A program made the position numbers and the translations under genes. This document shows, one piece after another, positions 1 through 7,498 of a stretch of DNA of 64,000 nt. Source of the DNA: a virus; the IMG/VR virus record IMGVR_UViG_3300045972_000112, positions 3,227 through 67,226 of that record; one strand, given 5' to 3'. A model generated the notes under the pieces. That model was not told the origin of the DNA, searched no databases, and was given only the letters and a program-made list of their open reading frames with translations. Within the stretch, counting starts at the first letter, position 1, and each line of letters begins with the position of its first letter.

Positions 1-13
1 CACTGGAGTCACC

Positions 14-277
14 ATGTCCGACCACCTGCTCTTCACGCTCACCCCGAAGTCGGAGAACTCGTTCGTCCTCTCCGCCGAGTTCGAGGACGAGCCCGGTATC
101 CGTCTCGTCTTCGAGGTCGACGACGCGTCGATCATCGCGGACAACGCGATCCCGAAGATCTTCGACCACCTCGTCACCGACGCATACCTCCAGGCCGCGT
201 ACAGCACCCTGGAGCAGATGGACGCGCTCGTCGAGGAGATGGACGCGGACGCCGCACGGGAGGGAGCCTCCGTCTAG
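14..277 (+). CDS. hypothetical acidic protein
   Basis: ORF with GGAG RBS and GC3-rich codons. Confidence 0.75.
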   Translation: MSDHLLFTLTPKSENSFVLSAEFEDEPGIRLVFEVDDASIIADNAIPKIFDHLVTDAYLQAAYSTLEQMDALVEEMDADAAREGASV

Positions 278-320
278 TTCGGATAGTCTTCAAGGAAGCG
301 TTACCTAACAAGGAGACAAC

Positions 321-527
321 ATGTTCGCCGTAGCCAACCGCCCGCTCGTCAACTACTACACCCCGGTCCGTATCGGGAGCAAGGCGCTCGACGTGCGCGA
401 CCCCTACCAGCGCATCGGGACCGTGACCGAACAGAACGACGGCCAGGTCACGATCACCTTCGGACCCTCCGACTTCGTCGAGATCCCCGAGACGTACGCC
501 CGCATCATCCCGCTCGACAAGAACTGA
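321..527 (+). CDS. hypothetical protein
   Basis: AAGGAG RBS, typical codon usage. Confidence 0.75.
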   Translation: MFAVANRPLVNYYTPVRIGSKALDVRDPYQRIGTVTEQNDGQVTITFGPSDFVEIPETYARIIPLDKN

Positions 528-615
528 CACAGCAAGACGGTTGACGCTGTCGCTTCCGTGTGATTGAATCGGCAGCGTCCAACCGGAACCCCCGGTCCAC
601 GAATCTGGAGCAGAG

Positions 616-966
616 ATGACCACCACGCCAGAGCAAGACCAGTTCCCCGTCGTGCAGACGGCCCTTCATATCCACCCTGTCGACGGAGGATTCGTCGCCA
701 CCTTCTACGACATGGACAACGGCGACGCAATCGCCATCCAGGTCGTGGCCCCCGATCTGTCCCTCCTCGCGCATCCCGTGAGCGGCACGAAGGCTGACCT
801 CTTCGCCACCGCCGTCCTCTCGGAGCACGGTCTCGATCTTCTCCGCAACGGGATCGCGCGCCTCTACTCCGTCGAGCCCGACAGTGACGGAACCGAGGAG
901 CCGGAACTCTCCGACGAGGAGAAGGCCGTCATCCGGGCCCGCGAGATCCTCGGGGGGAAGGAATGA
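616..966 (+). CDS. hypothetical protein
   Basis: GGAG RBS; ATGA overlap with next gene. Confidence 0.75.
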   Translation: MTTTPEQDQFPVVQTALHIHPVDGGFVATFYDMDNGDAIAIQVVAPDLSLLAHPVSGTKADLFATAVLSEHGLDLLRNGIARLYSVEPDSDGTEEPELSDEEKAVIRAREILGGKE

Positions 967-1217
967 GCCTCAAGGTCTCCGTGCAGGTCCTCGCTGATGA
1001 GGCCCAGGACCGCTGCACCTTCGTCCTCAGCCCCGAGGGCAAGGAGGATCTCTGCTCCGTCTCGATCTCCTACCTGGGGATCTCCAAGGACGTCACCGTC
1101 GAGGAGGCCGCCCTACAGGAGGAGTTCCTCACCAGCATCCTCACCGAGCACAGCGGCCAGATCATCGACGCCGCACTCGACGAGATCATCGCCATCAAGA
1201 TCGGATCACAGGCATGA
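963..1217 (+). CDS. hypothetical protein
   Basis: ATGA-coupled to both neighbours. Confidence 0.75.
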   Translation: MSLKVSVQVLADEAQDRCTFVLSPEGKEDLCSVSISYLGISKDVTVEEAALQEEFLTSILTEHSGQIIDAALDEIIAIKIGSQA

Positions 1218-1477
1218 GCAACTACAAGTACGGCCCCACCAACCTTCATACGGGTGACTACTACCAGCAGGACTTCCCCACGATCACCGTGGAGACGCTG
1301 GTGGCGGTCGAGCCCAGCAACCGTCGCAACCTCCGAGCCTGGAAGCGTGAGCGGGCAGCCATCGCGAAGAAGGTCCACCGTCGCTCCGCGCGCGAGCACC
1401 TGGCACGACAGCGGGTCACCCCTGCCCTGTCGCGACGTCAGCGCATCCTCGTCGACCGGATCCTGGCCGAGGCCTGA
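1214..1477 (+). CDS. hypothetical basic protein
   Basis: ATGA-coupled ORF. Confidence 0.7.
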   Translation: MSNYKYGPTNLHTGDYYQQDFPTITVETLVAVEPSNRRNLRAWKRERAAIAKKVHRRSAREHLARQRVTPALSRRQRILVDRILAEA

Positions 1478-1478
1478 G

Positions 1479-1595
1479 ATGGATCCCCGCGACTTCGAGC
1501 CAGGGAAGGGGGAGAAGTGGGCTATCGCAATCTTCTTCGGCGCGTGGCTACTGGCCTACGCGACCGCAGTCGCGTGGAGCCTCTCCCGCCAGTAG
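1479..1595 (+). CDS. small membrane protein
   Basis: MDPRDFEPG...; single hydrophobic helix WAIAIFFGAWLLAYATAVAWSL. Confidence 0.55.
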   Translation: MDPRDFEPGKGEKWAIAIFFGAWLLAYATAVAWSLSRQ

Positions 1596-1813
1596 CCGAA
1601 GAGGCTGAGGAGCAGGGGATCGATACCCGAGGCATCCCGTCCCACGAATGCCTCAACTGCGGCAACAACTGCTTCAAGATCGTGGCCTGGTTCGAGGACT
1701 ACAAGATCGCTGGCTACACCACAAGCGGCTACTGCTACCTCTGCGGAGCACCAGTGACCGTACCCACCGAGATCGACGATCCATACTTCGTAAGGGACTG
1801 GGAATACTCATGA
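1574..1813 (+). CDS. zinc-binding protein (two CxxC pairs); start uncertain
   Basis: CLNC and CYLC motifs; ATGA overlap with next gene. Confidence 0.65.
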   Translation: MEPLPPVAEEAEEQGIDTRGIPSHECLNCGNNCFKIVAWFEDYKIAGYTTSGYCYLCGAPVTVPTEIDDPYFVRDWEYS

Positions 1814-2076
1814 CTGAGCAGATTCATACCGAGGACGACCCACAGGTCGTCGACCTCCTCCTGGAGACCCGCTACCTCCCCGACGAGCACGCGTTCATGT
1901 ACTCCTGGTCGGTCGAGGGTTACAGCGGCGCGCAGGCCGGATTCATCTTCACGAGCGACGACCCGGAGAGGGCCGCACTCCTCCTGCGGACCCTCTTCAC
2001 CCCTGAGGCCATCGCGTCGGTCAGGCAGGGAACCGAGGATCTCCTCGACAAGATGGACGCCGAGGCCGCGCAGTGA
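1810..2076 (+). CDS. hypothetical protein
   Basis: coupled ORF starting MTEQIHT. Confidence 0.7.
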   Translation: MTEQIHTEDDPQVVDLLLETRYLPDEHAFMYSWSVEGYSGAQAGFIFTSDDPERAALLLRTLFTPEAIASVRQGTEDLLDKMDAEAAQ

Positions 2077-2657
2077 CGGTTATCGTCGCGGCGAGGACCC
2101 TCGACCGTGGCGTCGTCGTCGCGGCAGACTCCGAGATCAGCGACGACTGGACCAAGCAGCGCGCCGCCACCCCGAAGATCTGGACCTCGTCCGGTGCCCT
2201 CTTCGGATTCTGCGGCGACCTGCGACCGGCCCAGGTGGTCAAGCATTTCGCGGAGTGGCCGGATCTCTGGCCTGGCGACGATGAGCCGCTGCTCGACGTG
2301 GAGAAGTTCCTCCTCAAGGAGATCTGGGGAGCCATCCAGTGGGCCTCGGAGAGCCACCACACGGTCAAGACGATCCTGGAGACCAACCTCCAGTCCGTCG
2401 ATGCCGACTTCATCGTGGCATGGGGGGACAACCTGGCAGCGGTCTACGGCAACGGCGAGGTCCTGATCCCCTTCAAGGGCTCTGTGGCCATCGGTAGCGG
2501 CTTCGTGCATGCCCAGGGCCATCTGGCCGACGAGGGTCCGTACGAGTACGAGGACGTCCTTGCTGCCGTCCGAAAGGCCAAGAACGGGGCGGTGGGAGTC
2601 GGGGGACCGATCTACGTCGCCAACACCATCGACCTGGAGATCGAGGAGGTCTCATGA
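2073..2657 (+). CDS. HslV/proteasome beta-subunit-like Ntn-hydrolase (Thr protease)
   Basis: N-terminal M-T, AADS, PKI, GFCGD, AIGSG pattern. Confidence 0.75.
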   Translation: MTVIVAARTLDRGVVVAADSEISDDWTKQRAATPKIWTSSGALFGFCGDLRPAQVVKHFAEWPDLWPGDDEPLLDVEKFLLKEIWGAIQWASESHHTVKTILETNLQSVDADFIVAWGDNLAAVYGNGEVLIPFKGSVAIGSGFVHAQGHLADEGPYEYEDVLAAVRKAKNGAVGVGGPIYVANTIDLEIEEVS

Positions 2658-2959
2658 AGCGCACGCCGTTCGTCAGCCGCAGGCGTCACAACGACGCCCT
2701 AGTTCGCGCCACCTACTGGCATTCGCATTACCAGAACTTGCTGACCAGAGTGGGAAGCCTGAGCGGGGAACTACATCAGCAGGACAAGAAGATCCGGGCC
2801 CTGGAACAGGAGAACGCTCTCCTGATAGAGGACAACCGGCGCTGGCGAGACCGTGCCCTGTCCTCCCTGGCTGACACCAAGGCCTTGTCGAAGACCCAGG
2901 TGCTCGGATCCATCTTCGCCCCAGACCGCTTCGACGTCTTCGGGCATGACGATCCGTGA
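2654..2959 (+). CDS. hypothetical coiled-coil protein
   Basis: ATGA-coupled, GAGGAGG RBS. Confidence 0.65.
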   Translation: MKRTPFVSRRRHNDALVRATYWHSHYQNLLTRVGSLSGELHQQDKKIRALEQENALLIEDNRRWRDRALSSLADTKALSKTQVLGSIFAPDRFDVFGHDDP

Positions 2960-3113
2960 CTGTCATACCCCCTCGATAGCGTTCTAGACCTGCAAGAAGC
3001 GATTCCTTGAGATAGTTCATCTTCCGTTCATCGGGGGAACTGGACAATCGATATAGAAACGCGCAAAGATCTGCAAACACACCAGAAGCAACAACGAACA
3101 TCAGGAGCCCCAC

Positions 3114-3383
3114 ATGAGCACTGGCAGCCTCTACCGCGAGCGAACCCTCATCAACGACGTCGACCTCGCTGGTGTTTCCGCCACGGTCGAGATCGACCAG
3201 GACGGGGACGTCTTCGCCAACGTCGTCATCGCCAGCAAGTACCAGCAGGTCGACCTCGACTTCTCCCCGATCCTCGGGAGCACGCCGGAGGAGGCCCTCG
3301 GGAACCTCATCACCTACCGCGACGCGCTCAACGAGTTCTTCGCGCTGGCCGAGGAAGCGCTCGCGGAGGTCATCAATGGCTGA
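3114..3383 (+). CDS. hypothetical protein
   Basis: AGGAG RBS, typical codons. Confidence 0.75.
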   Translation: MSTGSLYRERTLINDVDLAGVSATVEIDQDGDVFANVVIASKYQQVDLDFSPILGSTPEEALGNLITYRDALNEFFALAEEALAEVING

Positions 3384-3549
3384 GGAGCAGGAACTCCCCT
3401 TCATCACTCCGGCGCAGAAGGAGCACGTCATCGATGTGCTTCATACCAGGCGTGACAACGCCTACGCCGCCTTCGACGTACTGGGGTGGCACGAAGAGGC
3501 CCAACTGGGCTACGAGTACGCCATGGCGACGCTCAAGGACGTCCTGTGA
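3376..3549 (+). CDS. hypothetical protein
   Basis: GGAGG RBS, MAEEQEL start. Confidence 0.7.
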   Translation: MAEEQELPFITPAQKEHVIDVLHTRRDNAYAAFDVLGWHEEAQLGYEYAMATLKDVL

Positions 3550-3776
3550 GCACCGGGATCAACATCGACCCCACCGACCACGTCGAGGACCTGGAGCGGG
3601 TACGCAGGGTCCAGGAGTGGCACGGCTGGGTAGAGCACACGGAGATGGATACTGACGTTCTCATCTCGCAGTTTCTGGACATCCTCCGGGAGACGCTCAT
3701 CCGTCCCGTCGTTCCTGCCCCGGTGAAGGCCCTCGTGGACCGCATCCTCACGAAGTGGGACGGCGAAGATGAGTGA
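3546..3776 (+). CDS. hypothetical protein
   Basis: GTGA overlap with upstream stop. Confidence 0.65.
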   Translation: MSTGINIDPTDHVEDLERVRRVQEWHGWVEHTEMDTDVLISQFLDILRETLIRPVVPAPVKALVDRILTKWDGEDE

Positions 3777-4098
3777 CGTAACCGCCGTCGGAACGGACGA
3801 CCTGGACCCCGAGTTCGCGATCACCGGATCACTCATCGAGATCTGGGTGGATGACGACGACGACCCGCTCATCACGGTTCAGAGCCTCGATGACTCCGAT
3901 TCCATCAACTCGGATCTGGAGGAGAGCCTGGTTGAGGTCGATCACTTCGATGTCGCGCCGTTCCTCACCTTCACGCACTTCGACGGCGTCACCGATTACG
4001 TCCGAACCGATACCGTCTCGCGTGTTCGAGTCAGCCGGGTGACGCTAGTGGACCTCAACGCTCCGGAGTCATTCAGTGACGACAAGTCAGAAGACTGA
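3769..4098 (+). CDS. hypothetical acidic protein
   Basis: overlapping ORF in the same operon. Confidence 0.7.
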   Translation: MSDVTAVGTDDLDPEFAITGSLIEIWVDDDDDPLITVQSLDDSDSINSDLEESLVEVDHFDVAPFLTFTHFDGVTDYVRTDTVSRVRVSRVTLVDLNAPESFSDDKSED

Positions 4099-4208
4099 CG
4101 CACTCGGTTCATAGGACGTTCACCTGCTTGTCATCTAAGTCTCCGTATGGAAGTATCCGAGTAAAGCAACACTAGGTCGAAACTACTCAGATACAAGGAG
4201 GCATCGTC

Positions 4209-4571
4209 ATGAAGCAGGAATCCCGGTACTGCGACAGGCAGATCACCAAGGGAAAGTCCAAGCAGGAGTGCATGAAGCCGGTGACAGAGCCGACGCTCTT
4301 CGCGCTTCGAAGCACCGCTTACGAGGTGGATCTGTGTGAGCAGCATCTGGCGGAGTTCGAGGTTCTGCTAGCGGACTACATCAAGAACGCCACTCCCACT
4401 CGCGAGGTCCGTGCCACGACATTGAACGGTCGCGCGGTTATGCGCGGGAAGACAGGAACCTTCACCACCAAGGACGTCCGTATCTGGCTACAGAAGAACG
4501 GCTACGACGTCTCTGAGACCGGTCGAATCTCGAACGAACTGATCGAGGAGTACCGGAACAAGACCCGCTAA
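4209..4571 (+). CDS. lsr2: Lsr2-like DNA-bridging protein
   Basis: YEVDL motif and C-terminal VRIWLQKNGYDVSETGRISNELIEEY; AAGGAGG RBS. Confidence 0.85.
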   Translation: MKQESRYCDRQITKGKSKQECMKPVTEPTLFALRSTAYEVDLCEQHLAEFEVLLADYIKNATPTREVRATTLNGRAVMRGKTGTFTTKDVRIWLQKNGYDVSETGRISNELIEEYRNKTR

Positions 4572-4999
4572 CAGCAACCGGCGCAAGCGGAGCAGAGTGT
4601 TGCTGACTGCTTCACCACGAAGTGAATCATCCCGGTCTCGTCCATCATGGTTTCGAGGCCGGGATGTGTCATGAGTGCCCACCAGATGAGGTCCTGCGGG
4701 TCGGCACCGTCCGGTAGCGCGAACATTGTCTATCTCCCCGTTTCTTTGATCGATCTTGTCTGTTTCTTCGACGAGGGGAACGTATCACCTACCACGGACA
4801 CACGAAATCGGCTACCTAACGAAGTCGTGTGACGTGTAGCCTCTAGACATGACCTACGGAATGTTGTACAAGCACGAGGCCGGTAGCACCCGCCTCGGCT
4901 TCGTCGCGCCCGTATGGTCGAACCAGCCGATCCGCTAGGGCCGTCCTCAAACGAGTTGACGTAAGTCCCGGTGTTCACAGCAAGTTGGTAGACAATCCT

Positions 5000-5071
5000 G
5001 CGCCCTTGGTGTAACGGCAGCACAGTGGCTTCCAAACCCACTAGGTCCGAGTTCAAATCTTGGGGGGCGTG
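5000..5071 (+). tRNA. tRNA-Trp(CCA)
   Basis: cloverleaf; loop TT-CCA-AA; C-C mismatch at the base of the anticodon stem. Confidence 0.8.
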
Positions 5072-5096
5072 CTGAGGAACTGGTTCAGACAGTCGC

Positions 5097-5126
5097 TTGA
5101 CAGAAGCGATTCGACTCGGCTAAGTT
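5097..5126 (+). promoter_or_regulatory. sigma70/SigA-type promoter of the tRNA operon
   Basis: TTGACA-18 nt-TAAGTT. Confidence 0.75.
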
Positions 5127-5133
5127 CCTCTTC

Positions 5134-5183
5134 GTGGCCAGGAAGAGCGGCCACAACTTGATCCTTGAGAACTGAACAGGGTG
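5134..5183 (+). promoter_or_regulatory. rrn-type antitermination leader (boxB-like hairpin plus boxA)
   Basis: GTGGCC-AGGAAGAGC-GGCCAC hairpin then GATCCTTGAGAACTGAACAG, resembling actinobacterial rrn leader boxA. Confidence 0.65.
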
Positions 5184-5211
5184 TGAGACCTCGGGAGGAG
5201 ATCCCGAGTAT

Positions 5212-5286
5212 CTAGGTGTGGGGCAGTAGGTCAGCCCGCCTGGTTTGGATCCAGGAGTACCGCAGGTTCGAATCCTGCCACCTAGA
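5212..5286 (+). tRNA. tRNA-Pro(TGG)
   Basis: CTAGGTG/CACCTAG acceptor; CCTGG-TTTGGAT-CCAGG. Confidence 0.9.
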
Positions 5287-5390
5287 CGAGAGGCGCGGAG
5301 AGGGTTCGAATCCCTCCGTGGGCCCCGTTAGCCTTCGGGTGTAAGCGGGACAACCTGCGTGGTGTAACGGCAGCACACGTCTCGCTATAT
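5287..5390 (+). ncRNA. circularly permuted tRNA-like RNA (YrlA/Y RNA-like)
   Basis: order T-arm, loop-closed acceptor stem, D-arm; 5' GAGGCG pairs with 3' CGTCTC. Confidence 0.7.
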
Positions 5391-5464
5391 CGATCCCGTC
5401 CCGGCTTGGTGAAGGGTCCCGTCTGATACGCGGGTATTGCGAGGTTCAAATCCTCGGGGATCGA
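5391..5464 (+). tRNA. tRNA-Ile(GAT)
   Basis: CGATCCC/GGGATCG; CCCGT-CTGATAC-GCGGG. Confidence 0.85.
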
Positions 5465-5653
5465 CAGCCTGGCCACTCCCTCTTTCCGCGATCCTCTATA
5501 GGCGTGGGGGAGCACGTAGGCTCAAAGACGTGGGGTCATCAGTGGCCATAGGGCCCCACGTCAACATCACGGAACCATGTCCAGTAAGGCTGATGGCCTA
5601 AGCCGCCCGCTCGCGCGGGTGATCGCTGGTCTCGGAGGGTGGCTTGATCACCA

Positions 5654-5732
5654 CTACAGCGTCGGATCCTGATCAGGTCCGGCCACAACTCGGAGATCCG
5701 CGTGTTCGTCGGTTCGAATCCGGCACTGTGGC
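5654..5732 (+). ncRNA. tRNA-like domain with acceptor and T-arm but no canonical D or anticodon arm
   Basis: CTACAG/CTGTGG stem; GTCGG-TTCGAAT-CCGGC. Confidence 0.45.
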
Positions 5733-5827
5733 TGCTCCGACTGACCGAAGAACGAGGCGACAGAGCGCGCCTACCCCGCTAGGTCGGGGGTCGACGGGAG
5801 GCTCGTGGTTCCGCAATGCAAGTCAAT

Positions 5828-5901
5828 GGGGTTGTTGCCAAGTGGCCTAAGGCATCTGTCTTCCAAACAGATAATCGCGGGTTCGAATCCCGCCTGCCCC
5901 T
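5828..5901 (+). tRNA. tRNA-Gly(TCC)
   Basis: TCTGT-CTTCCAA-ACAGA; U discriminator. Confidence 0.9.
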
Positions 5902-5905
5902 CTCT

Positions 5906-5978
5906 GCCGTTGGAACTCTTTAGGAAGAGTGCCTGCCTTGTAAGCAGGATGCAGCAGGTTCGAATCCTGTCAGCGGCT
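5906..5978 (+). tRNA. tRNA-Thr(TGT)
   Basis: GCCGTTG/CAGCGGC; CCTGC-CTTGTAA-GCAGG. Confidence 0.9.
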
Positions 5979-6035
5979 CTGGGTGAAGCGAGTCCTAGCC
6001 TGTTGCGACGGGCCGCATATCTCGTGGATCCCTAT

Positions 6036-6109
6036 TGCTCTCTAGGGGAATTGGCAGACCCACCCGGCTCTGAACCGGGAGTGTCCAGGTTCGAGACCTG
6101 GGAGAGCAG
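6036..6109 (+). tRNA. tRNA-Gln(CTG)
   Basis: TGCTCTC/GAGAGCA; CCCGG-CTCTGAA-CCGGG. Confidence 0.9.
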
Positions 6110-6262
6110 CGTGAAGGTGCTGCACACCTTCATCCCGGCCCGAGCGGGACAAATCAACGGGAGTGCGCGGGTGCATCTTAGGGACTCGGATAACGGTAGC
6201 GCTGTCCTGGAATACAGCGTCGGCTGGGCGAGGGTGTGCAGACCGTCTCGCCCAGCCACCAC

Positions 6263-6334
6263 GTCCCCATGGGCTATGGGATAGGCCTTCTCCCTTTCAC
6301 GGAGACAGAGTGGGTTCGAGTCCCACTGGGGGTA
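6263..6334 (+). tRNA. tRNA-Glu(TTC)
   Basis: TCTCC-CTTTCAC-GGAGA; T-arm GTGGG-TTCGAGT-CCCAC. Confidence 0.85.
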
Positions 6335-6452
6335 CTAGATCGGAGCGCCTGATCCGCCCACTCTTTCGGTCGCGGATGAACGGGATTCCTCGGAAAGCGT
6401 CGGGTTCGAGCATGACCGGCGAGGCGGAAAGGATCCCTGGCCCGATCTTTAA

Positions 6453-6525
6453 GGGGTAGTAGCACAACTGGCAGTGCATCTGCTTTGCAAGCAGACGGTT
6501 CGGGGTTCGAGTCCCCGCTATTCCA
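6453..6525 (+). tRNA. tRNA-Ala(TGC)
   Basis: G3:U70 pair; TCTGC-TTTGCAA-GCAGA. Confidence 0.92.
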
Positions 6526-6575
6526 CGCAAGTAGTTCGGCACCTATACCCACCACGCGCACGAGGAGGTTCGACA

Positions 6576-6956
6576 GTGGCCTTGCAGCACAAGCATCTAC
6601 TGGTCCAGGGCAGGATCAACCAGCCCCTTACCGACGAGCGTGAGGCCGAGCGTTGGCTTCACTGGCTCGTTCAGCAGATCGATATGAAGGTCGTACTCTC
6701 GCCTCGCGCGTTCTACGTGCAGGCGGTCGGGAATCGCGGGATCACGGCGAGCGTCAATATCGAGACGTCGCATATCGCGTTTCATATCTGGGACGAGCAG
6801 GAGCCGCCGCTCATCCAGTTCGATCTCTACACCTGCGGCCCGCTCGACCACGAGCAGGTCATAGGACTGCTCAACCGCAAGTTGGACTTCGAGTCGATGC
6901 AGTACCTGGTGCTGGATCGCGAAGATGGATTCCAGGTCACGCACGTCAAGACCTGA
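6576..6956 (+). CDS. speD: S-adenosylmethionine decarboxylase proenzyme-like
   Basis: HKHLLV, GITASVNIETSHIAFHIW, QFDLYTCG motifs; GAGGAGG RBS before GTG. Confidence 0.85.
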   Translation: MALQHKHLLVQGRINQPLTDEREAERWLHWLVQQIDMKVVLSPRAFYVQAVGNRGITASVNIETSHIAFHIWDEQEPPLIQFDLYTCGPLDHEQVIGLLNRKLDFESMQYLVLDREDGFQVTHVKT

Positions 6957-6964
6957 GATCCTCC

Positions 6965-7039
6965 GTCCCCATGGAGGAATTGGGTAGACTCACCGCCCTC
7001 TCAAGGCGGGTCTTGCGGGTTCAAATCCCGCTGGGGATG
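6965..7039 (+). tRNA. tRNA-Glu(CTC)
   Basis: CCGCC-CTCTCAA-GGCGG. Confidence 0.9.
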
Positions 7040-7043
7040 CTCT

Positions 7044-7117
7044 GGTTTCATGGCGCAGTCAGGTAGCGCAGCCGGTTGTCAGCCGGAAGGTCGCGGGTTC
7101 AAGTCCCGCTGGAACCG
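7044..7117 (+). tRNA. tRNA-Asp(GTC)
   Basis: GGTTTCA/TGGAACC; loop TTGTCAG; G discriminator. Confidence 0.9.
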
Positions 7118-7190
7118 CTCGGTGTCTGGTGGGGTCGAGCCCGCCAGTGTTGGAGTTCATATGCCAACAGGGGAGGCCCGCACCTGCAAT

Positions 7191-7264
7191 GCCCCTCTAG
7201 TCCAACTGGCAGAGGCGTCCGGCTTAGATCCGGAATGTTGGGGGTTCGAATCCCTCGGGGGGCA
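7191..7264 (+). tRNA. tRNA-Leu(TAG), short variable loop
   Basis: TCCGG-CTTAGAT-CCGGA; 5-nt variable region. Confidence 0.85.
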
Positions 7265-7422
7265 CGGGAGTTTCTTGCTTCTCCTGCGGCGCGTCCGCGT
7301 CAAGAGCAAGTGGTGGGCCGTGTGGGAGACCGCACCCCCTGTGTTGGCACACTAGGCAGTGTCAGCGCGACACGGTGGGATCCGTGGCATCACAAAGAGA
7401 AACGAAGCGGATCCCACCGTTT

Positions 7423-7496
7423 GCCCGTCTAGTCCAATTGGCAGAGACGTCGGCTTCAAACCCCGAAGGTTCTCGGTTCGAATCCGAGGATGGGCA
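7423..7496 (+). tRNA. tRNA-Leu(CAA), short variable loop
   Basis: GCCCGTC/GATGGGC; TCGGC-TTCAAAC-CCCGA. Confidence 0.8.
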
Positions 7497-7498
7497 CT

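Noticed and set aside
5000-5071. Reading the first tRNA as Gly(TCC)
   Set aside because: The stem pairs only when the loop is TT-CCA-AA, giving Trp; a proper Gly(TCC) is at 5828.
5287-5390. A true permuted tRNA gene that is spliced into a functional tRNA
   Set aside because: No anticodon loop or bulge-helix-bulge motif can be built from the ends; a Y-RNA-like mimic fits better.
6335-6452. Hammerhead ribozyme
   Set aside because: CTGAT is not followed by GA, GAAA is GAAC, and there is no NUH site.
7423-7496. Opal suppressor or Sec tRNA (TCA anticodon)
   Set aside because: The CT-TCA-AA register breaks the anticodon stem; CAA gives the proper fold with Leu identity, and TGA is used as a normal stop throughout.
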